13,927 bases of DNA, from NCBI GenBank assembly GCA_031370005.1, contig JANMPT010000046.1, forward strand, positions 1 to 13,927, read 5' to 3'. The notes below the pieces were generated by a model that was given only the letters and a program-made list of their open reading frames with translations, was not told where the DNA came from and made no database searches. The stretch is from Bdellovibrionales bacterium (GTDB taxonomy: Bacteria > Bdellovibrionota > Bdellovibrionia > Bdellovibrionales > Bdellovibrionaceae). Below, one piece after another: positions 1 to 6,691 of this stretch (positions within the stretch are counted from its first letter, which is position 1; each line of letters starts with the position of its first letter). The translations under genes were made by a program, and so were the position numbers.

Positions 1-393
1 CGCGAGGGGAAAAAATATGAATTAATCGGTTTACCGGACCGGCTTGACCTTTCTTCCTCACCAGATTGTCCTAAATCTGATCAAGGAAGTTGGCAAATTA
101 GCTTTACGGCCCCACCTGACTGGCGGCCGCTTCCCGCAGGACCTAAAGAACGTGAGCAGGAGATCAATATAAATGGAATTTCAGCAAAATTTTATGATCG
201 CATATCCCTTGAGTCATCGGCAGAAAATATATTTTGGACGGTAAAGTTTAGGTGCGACGGACATCTTCTCAGTGCCGCATATCGAGACCACCTGGATAAG
301 CCCGAGCTGGAAAAAGCCGCCAAGAATCATGTTGTTCCTGAGGTGTTTAAAAAATTTGTTGCGAGTTTTCAGTGTGTCGATCCTGAAAAATAA
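1..393 (+). CDS. 3' part of a hypothetical protein (runs off the window start)
   Basis: Frame +1 is open from base 1 to TAA at 391-393 (REGKKYELIGLPDRLDLSSSPDCPKSDQGSWQISF...VFKKFVASFQCVDPEK*). Not in the ORF track because its start lies outside the window. No recognised motif. Confidence 0.75.
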   Translation, partial: REGKKYELIGLPDRLDLSSSPDCPKSDQGSWQISFTAPPDWRPLPAGPKEREQEININGISAKFYDRISLESSAENIFWTVKFRCDGHLLSAAYRDHLDKPELEKAAKNHVVPEVFKKFVASFQCVDPEK

Positions 394-574
394 AAAACAA
401 ATCCATTATCCAAAGCACGCTTGAGATGAGGACGGCTAGGACGCGACTGAGTTGAGTTTGCGGTGCCGCTATGGCCGCAAACGTCACAATATTTCGCTTT
501 CGTCACGCCTTCATCACATGGAGCGAATGTATCTTCGATATATTTGTCATCAACACCAAATCAAGGAGAAAAAA

Positions 575-829
575 ATGACAGTCAACGAAAACACAATCAA
601 AGGAAAATGGCTTGAGATGAAGGGCGATATTCAAAAGGCCTGGGGCAAGCTGACAGATGATGAACTCGAAAAAACCAAAGGTGACATGAAAGCCATTGGG
701 GGCCTAATTCAGCAGCGCTATGGCGAGACTCAGAATTCCTATAGCAAAAAACTTTCAGATATTTTCAAACGTTTTGAAACAAAGAAAGACGAAACCATTG
801 ATAAGGTCAAAAAGAACGTAAAAAACTAA
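575..829 (+). CDS. CsbD/YjbJ-family stress response protein (84 aa)
   Basis: NENTIKGKWLEMKGDIQKAWGKLTDDELEKTKGDMKAIGGLIQQRYG is the CsbD signature. SD AAGGAG at 563-568 precedes ATG 575, so the ORF-track start at 452 is too far upstream. Confidence 0.9.
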   Translation: MTVNENTIKGKWLEMKGDIQKAWGKLTDDELEKTKGDMKAIGGLIQQRYGETQNSYSKKLSDIFKRFETKKDETIDKVKKNVKN

Positions 830-855
830 CCCCGTGTCTATGTGAGGCTTTCGAG

Positions 856-884
856 TTGACGTTTTTTTCCTAGGGGTCTATACC
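856..884 (+). promoter_or_regulatory. Putative sigma70-type promoter of hflX
   Basis: TTGACG (856-861), 17-bp spacer, TATACC (879-884), then 7 nt to ATG 892. No SD upstream of the ATG. Confidence 0.55.
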
Positions 885-891
885 CAAGCCC

Positions 892-2277
892 ATGGATTCA
901 TTCACCAATACCAAGCCTCTCAAAGCTCTCCTTGTAGCGATTCAACTCCCCAAGGTTTCAGATCAAGACACCCAAAGTTCTCTCGAAGAACTGGGGCGTC
1001 TTGTGACCACTCTTGGTTATGATGTCATCGGTCAAACTTCTCAACGCAGAACCTCAGAACGTGGAGCCACTGTCCTTGGCGACGGAAAATTGAAAGAACT
1101 AGCGGAGTGGACCGGCGGCACTGGTGTGATCGGCCCCATGGTTGTGAAAAAAAAACATAAGGCCGCTTTGAAGTTTGAAAAAAATCAAGCCCCAGAGACC
1201 GAAGAGACCGACGAAGAAGACTTCACTAAAAGCGAGACCCCCAAAGAGCGAGCTCAAATCCTTGTCTTTGACTGCGACCTCTCGCCTTCCCAATTAAGAA
1301 ATCTTGAGAGCGCAACTGGTGTTCAGGTTCTGGATCGTACCGGTGTGATTATCGAAATCTTTAGTCGACACGCAAAAACTCGGTCAGCTCGCCTTCAAGT
1401 TGAAATTGCAAGGTTGACTTACGTAGCCCCGCGATTGCGTGAAACCGGCGGCGGCGAGGATCGCGGCGGCGGTGGCGTTGGTGGAAAAGGCGCCGGGGAA
1501 TCCAGCATTGAGTTGGATCGCCGAAAAATCCGCGATCGAATTAAAGAACTCAAAGATGAACTTGATTCCATTGCGCAAGAACATGACACTCGCCGGGCAC
1601 GACGCGGCCAAGAAATCTCAGTAGCCCTTGTTGGTTACACCAATGCAGGGAAATCCTCCTTGATGCGCGCACTGACCGGCAGCGACGTCTTAGTGGCTGA
1701 CAAGCTCTTTGCGACTCTTGATACGACAGTACGTTTACTTTACCCGGAGTCCGTCCCTAAAATTTTGATCTCGGACACAGTGGGCTTTATCAAAAAGCTT
1801 CCCCATGATCTCGTTGCTTCCTTCAAATCCACCCTTGATGAGGCCCTCAATGCCTCATTGTTGCTTTATGTGGTGGACTCTTCAGATCCAACTTTTCGCT
1901 CACAACTTGAAGTGACTCGCACCGTTCTTAATGAAGTGGGTGCCGGAGATATTAAAAGTCTTTTGATTTTAAATAAAAAAGATCGTCTGTCCGCTGACGA
2001 TCTATTGAAACTTAAACTAGAATTCCCGGAGGCCGTGTTCTTATCGGCAAGAAATCCTGAGGATGTGAGCGCCTTGCGACTTCAACTAATCGGCTATTTT
2101 GAAGCCGATATGGTCGACGAAGATATTCTGATCCCCTACGATGTTCAAGGTGCGGTCGGTGATATCCGCGCTAAAATGCGCGTTCTTTCTGAGTCCTATG
2201 ATGGCACTGGAGTGACTTTAAAAATACGAGCTCACCCCGACAATATTGCAAGAATCAAAAGTCGCTTTGGCCTGTAA
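892..2277 (+). CDS. hflX: GTPase HflX (ribosome-splitting factor)
   Basis: G1 GYTNAGKS, G2 LFATLDTT, G3 DTVGFI, G4 NKKD; HflX N-domain motifs LSPSQLRNLE, DRTGVIIEIFSRHA, LQVEIARL; Gly-rich loop GGGGVGGKGAGE followed by ELDRRKIRDRI. Confidence 0.96.
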   Translation: MDSFTNTKPLKALLVAIQLPKVSDQDTQSSLEELGRLVTTLGYDVIGQTSQRRTSERGATVLGDGKLKELAEWTGGTGVIGPMVVKKKHKAALKFEKNQAPETEETDEEDFTKSETPKERAQILVFDCDLSPSQLRNLESATGVQVLDRTGVIIEIFSRHAKTRSARLQVEIARLTYVAPRLRETGGGEDRGGGGVGGKGAGESSIELDRRKIRDRIKELKDELDSIAQEHDTRRARRGQEISVALVGYTNAGKSSLMRALTGSDVLVADKLFATLDTTVRLLYPESVPKILISDTVGFIKKLPHDLVASFKSTLDEALNASLLLYVVDSSDPTFRSQLEVTRTVLNEVGAGDIKSLLILNKKDRLSADDLLKLKLEFPEAVFLSARNPEDVSALRLQLIGYFEADMVDEDILIPYDVQGAVGDIRAKMRVLSESYDGTGVTLKIRAHPDNIARIKSRFGL

Positions 2278-2899
2278 GCACACCGCGCCCCATAAGGGTT
2301 GCCACTAATTTTTTATTGTAGAGTTTCATTAAGGCGACTTTCACCCCTTCGCCCTCAATCACGCCCATGGCACAGGCAATGGCCTCTAAAGTCGCCATCC
2401 CCTCGGTCCTATGCTCTTCTCGCATATGAAACTTTGCTTGATTTGGCGCTCGAATCATAACTCTAGGGACATCTTTGAACTCGTGATGACGATAGTGTAC
2501 CTTACTGGCCTGCCGCCAGTTCCCGTCAGGAACAATCAGTTGAATAGGTCTTGGATCTTTTAAAATAAACTCAGGAGTTAAATCCTCAGCATCTTCGGAG
2601 GGATAAAGTAAAAGACTGCGATATTCAGGAGTAAGCAGATCGCTTAGATCCAAAATTTCTCTGGTGACTCCCCGTACCCGCATTTCACTATTAACCAGCG
2701 CCTTTAAGGCCAAACGTCCGGTATTGGTCGTGCGTTTTAACTCACGGTGATGAACCACGACACAGAGCCTGGTCATGAGATCAAGACTAGGAATAGACTC
2801 ACAAATACAAAGTCCGTGATTTAAATAACAAACTTGGCAAGGATCTTTTGTTTTTCTTTTTCTTGAAAGAGAAGACTGAACTGTCAGTAATTTCATCAT
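2255..2899 (-). CDS. DTW-domain protein, probable tRNA-uridine aminocarboxypropyltransferase (TapT/YfiP-like)
   Basis: N-terminal CxxCxL...CIC, HHRELKRTTNTG, LLYP, IVPDGNWRQA (DXTW-motif variant), ATLEAIA. Start is ATG 2899 or ATG 2896. The 3' end overlaps hflX by 23 bp. Confidence 0.88.
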   Translation of the reverse strand: MMKLLTVQSSLSRKRKTKDPCQVCYLNHGLCICESIPSLDLMTRLCVVVHHRELKRTTNTGRLALKALVNSEMRVRGVTREILDLSDLLTPEYRSLLLYPSEDAEDLTPEFILKDPRPIQLIVPDGNWRQASKVHYRHHEFKDVPRVMIRAPNQAKFHMREEHRTEGMATLEAIACAMGVIEGEGVKVALMKLYNKKLVATLMGRGVLTGQSDF

Positions 2900-2928
2900 A
2901 GAAGAAATTGGAAAAAAGACTAAAAACT

Positions 2929-2955
2929 CTGAAGACGGCTGATCGCCGTCTTCAG
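2929..2955 (-). terminator. Probable intrinsic terminator of the cold-shock gene
   Basis: Perfect 11-bp stem CTGAAGACGGC/GCCGTCTTCAG with a 5-nt loop, followed on the minus strand by AGTTTTTAGTCTTTTTT; lies 14 nt past the csp stop. Confidence 0.8.
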
Positions 2956-2969
2956 GTAAATCTTATGAT

Positions 2970-3167
2970 TTAATTGCCTTTAACTTTTACGTTAACTGCA
3001 CAAGGGCCTTTTTTACCCTGGCCGACCTCAAATTCAACTTTGTCGCCATCGCGTGGCTCTTGACCTTGAACTTCAGAAATATGGAAGAACAAATCAGCTC
3101 CATTATCTGGAGTAATGAAACCGAAACCTTTGCTCGCATTGAAAAACTTAACCGTACCTGTACTCAT
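2970..3167 (-). CDS. Cold-shock protein (CspA family, 65 aa)
   Basis: GTVKFFNASKGFGFI (RNP1), DLFFHIS (RNP2), GKKGPCAVNV; SD AGAGG upstream. Confidence 0.96.
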   Translation of the reverse strand: MSTGTVKFFNASKGFGFITPDNGADLFFHISEVQGQEPRDGDKVEFEVGQGKKGPCAVNVKVKGN

Positions 3168-3345
3168 GAAAATAACCTCTTTATAAAAAAATTTCTGATA
3201 TCAGTATTAACACATTTTCTTAACTAGGGAAGCGGCTTTCGCTTGAACGAAGATTTTTCACTTAAAATCCCTCTAGCGACGCTGTGCATTATTGAGCCTT
3301 CAATAGCACATTGGCAATAATCAACAAACCTGCGACGGTTAGACT

Positions 3346-4947
3346 ATGAGAACAGTTATTGATCATATCGAAAATGCCTTCGACCTTAGTTATACCAATT
3401 TCCCAAAGTGTCCAAAAACTCAAATTAAAAGCATTGGCATCTTGGGAGGCGGAACTGCCGGTTATTTGACGGCTTTGGCTCTGCAAAAACTCCATCCGGA
3501 TACTAAAACCACGGTTATTGAGTCCAGTAAAATCCCGGTCATCGGCGTGGGTGAGTCCACCACTTCTGAAATTGTGGCCTTCTTGCATAGAACACTCGAC
3601 ATCGACCCCATTAAATTCTTTCAGAATGTCGAACCCACACTGAAGTTTGGAATCCGCTTTGATTGGGGACGCCCTGGAAACTACAAATTTAATTTTAATT
3701 TTTTCGCTAGCCATCAATATGAGTCTTACTTCTATGAAAACTCCACGGCAAACTCGAGCTGGCCCTCGGTTTTGATGAATGAAAATAAAATCCCCATCAT
3801 TCGCAACGAGAACGGCAGCCTCACTTCGTTCCTAGGAAGCATTCCCTTCTCTTATCACCTCGACAATAAAAAACTAATTAAGTTTTTACATCAGCAGCTT
3901 CTCGAAAGAGACATTGAAATTGTCGATGGCGAGGTCAACAAAGTAAATCTTGATGAAAATCAGTTTGTTTCCTCCTTGCAAACCCTCGAAGGCCATACTC
4001 TTTCTTATGATTTGTATATAGATTGCTCTGGTTTTCGCTCTAGAATCCTCGGGCAAGCCCTGGGGACTGAGTTCCTTCCTTTCACCGACACTCTGATCAC
4101 AGACAAAGCCATCACCTTTGAACTGCCCCATAATAACAACATCAATTGTTATACCTCTGTAATCACCATGAACAGTGGCTGGTGTTGGAATATTCCCATG
4201 AGAGAAGAAAACCATTATGGTTATGTGCATGCTTCCAAATACTGCAACGAGGCCGACGCAGTCGCTGAAGCTAGAGCTAAATTCGGTAACTTTGAAAAAT
4301 ACAAAGTTGTAAATTTTAGAACAGGCCGTCACACGCTGGCTTGGAATAAAAACGTTTTCTCAATCGGCAATGCTTACGGCTTCATTGAACCCTTGGAGTC
4401 AACCTCGATTCAAACTGCAGTTCATAGTATTATGACTTTGTGTCGACTCATGCCAAACTCCCACAGCGATTATGGTTCTATTGCTGGCATCAACAAAGAA
4501 ATTGCGGCGAACTGGGATACATTCCGTTGGTTCCTAGGGATGCACTACAAGTTTAATAAACAATTGGACACTGCTTTTTGGAAGTATTGCAATGAGCACA
4601 CCAATATCGGCAATGCTCAGATGATCATTGATATGTTCAACCAACGCCCGCCTTTAAGTGCAGGAAACTTTGGAACAGGCTCCCCCTACACGGCTCTGGA
4701 GGCTTTGGTATTCAATAGCTACAGCTATGACTCTTTATTATTTGGTCAGAAATTAGTGACGAGGCAGTTGGCACAACCTGAGATGACAAAAGAGGAATAC
4801 CTAGGCAAGGTGGAATCATACCAGTTTCTCACGGGCAAGGCTTTAACTTTGCATGAGCTTTTCAAAAATGACCATCTTATCAAGGACGGACTGCTTGAAC
4901 AGCTCTTCACTGATAATGATACTTGGATTGTTGAGACTGAAGCTTAA
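3346..4947 (+). CDS. Flavin-dependent halogenase, tryptophan halogenase (PrnA/RebH) family
   Basis: FAD motif GGGTAG, IGVGEST, Lys in EPTLKFGIRF (PrnA K79 position), YIDCSGFRS, WxWxIP motif WCWNIP, FIEPLESTSI (PrnA E346 region). In-frame TAG at 3340 fixes the upstream limit. Confidence 0.9.
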   Translation: MRTVIDHIENAFDLSYTNFPKCPKTQIKSIGILGGGTAGYLTALALQKLHPDTKTTVIESSKIPVIGVGESTTSEIVAFLHRTLDIDPIKFFQNVEPTLKFGIRFDWGRPGNYKFNFNFFASHQYESYFYENSTANSSWPSVLMNENKIPIIRNENGSLTSFLGSIPFSYHLDNKKLIKFLHQQLLERDIEIVDGEVNKVNLDENQFVSSLQTLEGHTLSYDLYIDCSGFRSRILGQALGTEFLPFTDTLITDKAITFELPHNNNINCYTSVITMNSGWCWNIPMREENHYGYVHASKYCNEADAVAEARAKFGNFEKYKVVNFRTGRHTLAWNKNVFSIGNAYGFIEPLESTSIQTAVHSIMTLCRLMPNSHSDYGSIAGINKEIAANWDTFRWFLGMHYKFNKQLDTAFWKYCNEHTNIGNAQMIIDMFNQRPPLSAGNFGTGSPYTALEALVFNSYSYDSLLFGQKLVTRQLAQPEMTKEEYLGKVESYQFLTGKALTLHELFKNDHLIKDGLLEQLFTDNDTWIVETEA

Positions 4948-4960
4948 GAGGATTCCAGAG

Positions 4961-5002
4961 ATGTCTAAAAAGAGTAAGCTTTATAATCGGGGTGCCTTCT
5001 GA
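4961..5002 (+). CDS. Putative 13-aa upstream ORF MSKKSKLYNRGAF whose stop overlaps the probable dbpA start
   Basis: GAGG (4948-4951) 9 nt before ATG 4961; TGA at 5000-5002 overlaps the CTG at 4999-5001 that is in frame with dbpA. Translation is not demonstrated. Confidence 0.35.
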   Translation: MSKKSKLYNRGAF

Positions 5003-6393
5003 GCTCGACTGATTTTGCATCATTACCTCTGTCTGCAGACCTCCTTGCTGTGGTCCAAGAATTGGGCTACGAAAAGCTCACTCCGATTCAGGCTGAAAGC
5101 ATTCCTCATTTACTGGCTGGTAAAGATCTCGTCGGCCAAGCTAAAACTGGCAGCGGGAAAACGGCGGCCTTTGCTCTGCCGATTCTTCATAAAATCAACA
5201 TGAAAAACCAAAGGCTTCAAGCGATGATCCTTTGCCCTGCCCGTGAGCTCGCCGCCCAGGTAGTAACAGAGATTCGCAAGCTAGGACGTCGTCATGATGG
5301 TTTGCAAGTTCTCACCATCACAGGCGGAGTTCCGAGCCGTCCACAAACTATAGCCCTCGAAAGTGGTGTCCATATTGTCGTGGGAACTCCGGGACGCGTA
5401 TTGGATTTGATCCAGCGCAATCGCATGGACTTAAGCCAAATCAAAACCCTTGTCCTTGATGAAGCTGATAAAATGTTTGAAATGGGCTTTGAAGATGAAA
5501 TCAAGGCCATCTTAAAAGAAATTCCTAGAACACGCCAAACTGCTTTTTTTTCGGCCACATTTCCTGAATCCATTCAAATGCTAAGCAATAAACATCAAAA
5601 AAATCCGATCATGATTAGCATCGAAGACACTAAAGAAACCGCCCCACAGATAGAACAGTTTGTTTACTCCGCAGAGCCTGCAGATAAGATTTCAACTTTG
5701 CTACGTGTTTTACAACAACACCCTTCGAACTCCACCATTGTTTTTTGCAATATGAAGCTTGATGTAAATGAGCTTGCAAAAATCTTAGCGGAGGAAAATA
5801 TCAGCTCAGCCTGTATCCATGGTGATCTTGATCAACGAGAACGAGACCGCGTCATGGCCATGTTCCGTAATGGCAGTCATCGCATTCTGATTGCAACTGA
5901 TGTCGCGGCCCGTGGGCTTGATATCGAAAACCTGGAACTCGTCATCAACTTTGATCTTCCTCAACATCCAGACATTTATGTTCACCGCATTGGACGCACA
6001 GGGCGCGCTGGTCGCACTGGTGTAGCAGTTTCTCTCGCCACTGCCCAGGAGACTATGCGAGTTGTGGAGATTGAGAAATTCACTGGAGTTAAACTTGAAA
6101 GACGTATTTTGGGCTTTAAAAACCAACATGGTCTTAGCAAGGATTTGCGCGAATCCACCATGAAAACAATTTCAATCTCCGGGGGACGAAAAGATAAATT
6201 AAGACCGGGGGACATACTGGGAGCCCTCACCGGCGAGGCTGGAGGCCTCAGCGCCTCTGATGTGGGTAAAATTGAAATTCAAGACCGATTTTCCTACGTA
6301 GCCATCTCTGCTTCCCTTGCTGATGCCGCCTTTGAGCGCCTGCGCCAAGGCCGTATCAAAGGCAAAAAATTTCAAATAAAATTTATGAAGTAA
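4999..6393 (+). CDS. dbpA: ATP-dependent RNA helicase DbpA (23S rRNA-specific DEAD box)
   Basis: Q motif DFASLPL...LGYEKLTPIQ, AKTGSGKT, PARELA, TPGR, DEAD, SAT, ARGLD, HRIGRTGRAG, and DbpA C-terminal RNA-binding domain GGRKDKLRPGDILGALTG. The start is uncertain: the Q-motif Phe (5014) lies upstream of the tracked GTG 5050, and CTG 4999 is the only plausible initiator after the in-frame TAA at 4984. Confidence 0.93.
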   Translation: MSSTDFASLPLSADLLAVVQELGYEKLTPIQAESIPHLLAGKDLVGQAKTGSGKTAAFALPILHKINMKNQRLQAMILCPARELAAQVVTEIRKLGRRHDGLQVLTITGGVPSRPQTIALESGVHIVVGTPGRVLDLIQRNRMDLSQIKTLVLDEADKMFEMGFEDEIKAILKEIPRTRQTAFFSATFPESIQMLSNKHQKNPIMISIEDTKETAPQIEQFVYSAEPADKISTLLRVLQQHPSNSTIVFCNMKLDVNELAKILAEENISSACIHGDLDQRERDRVMAMFRNGSHRILIATDVAARGLDIENLELVINFDLPQHPDIYVHRIGRTGRAGRTGVAVSLATAQETMRVVEIEKFTGVKLERRILGFKNQHGLSKDLRESTMKTISISGGRKDKLRPGDILGALTGEAGGLSASDVGKIEIQDRFSYVAISASLADAAFERLRQGRIKGKKFQIKFMK

Positions 6394-6415
6394 AAAATCA
6401 GGTCCATCCGCAAGC

Positions 6416-6444
6416 TTGCTTTTAGCAGTCTACTGCTCTATGCT
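6416..6444 (+). promoter_or_regulatory. Putative sigma70-type promoter of the small membrane protein gene
   Basis: TTGCTT (6416-6421), 17 bp, TATGCT (6439-6444). The spacer contains the inverted repeat AGCAGT-ct-ACTGCT (6424-6437). Confidence 0.5.
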
Positions 6445-6461
6445 GAGGAGAGGAGATTTCC

Positions 6462-6653
6462 ATGGAACCTCAGACGTTGATAATTATCGGAGCCATTGCT
6501 ATTTCCTTTGTGAGTGTCTTGGTTTACGCAATTTTAGCAATTTTTTTTCCTGAATGGGTAGGGATCACCGGAAAAGTTGCTCGGGGCGCAGAAGAAAGCC
6601 ACCAAAAAGGCGCTGAAAGCGGCAATCGCACTTCTGAAAAACTCGATAAATAA
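6462..6653 (+). CDS. Small single-pass membrane protein of unknown function (63 aa)
   Basis: Strong SD GAGGAGAGGAG; one hydrophobic segment LIIIGAIAISFVSVLVYAILAIFF, then PEWVGITG and a charged tail; fills the intergenic space. Confidence 0.75.
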   Translation: MEPQTLIIIGAIAISFVSVLVYAILAIFFPEWVGITGKVARGAEESHQKGAESGNRTSEKLDK

Positions 6654-6691
6654 TTTTTCAGTTATTTAAAAAATACTTTCGCTTTTCAGAT

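Noticed and set aside
497..517. Minus-strand GTGATGA...GAAA resembling a hammerhead ribozyme core
   Set aside because: The core needs CUGANGA and a paired stem II; here the first base is G and the intervening AGGCGTGAC does not pair.
452..574. 41-aa N-terminal extension of the CsbD ORF in the track
   Set aside because: CsbD homology starts at Met 575, which has a strong SD; the extension looks non-coding.
1099..1624. Short alternative-frame and antisense ORFs inside hflX
   Set aside because: Shadows of a well-conserved gene, with no motifs or RBS.
3195..3204. 10-bp palindromes CTGATATCAG (csp upstream) and TCAGGCCTGA (13786-13795)
   Set aside because: Short palindromes of this size are expected by chance in 14 kb; no second copy or cognate regulator is evident.
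3289..6230. Antisense or alternative-frame ORFs inside the halogenase and dbpA (3289-3717, 3886-4332, 5015-5203, 5292-5573, 5806-6129, 5982-6230)
   Set aside because: They overlap confident genes and have no recognisable protein features.
6398..6420. TCAGGTCC...AAGC resembling the SRP (4.5S) RNA core
   Set aside because: Lacks the GGAAGGAAGCAGC continuation and the flanking long stem; the gap is too small.
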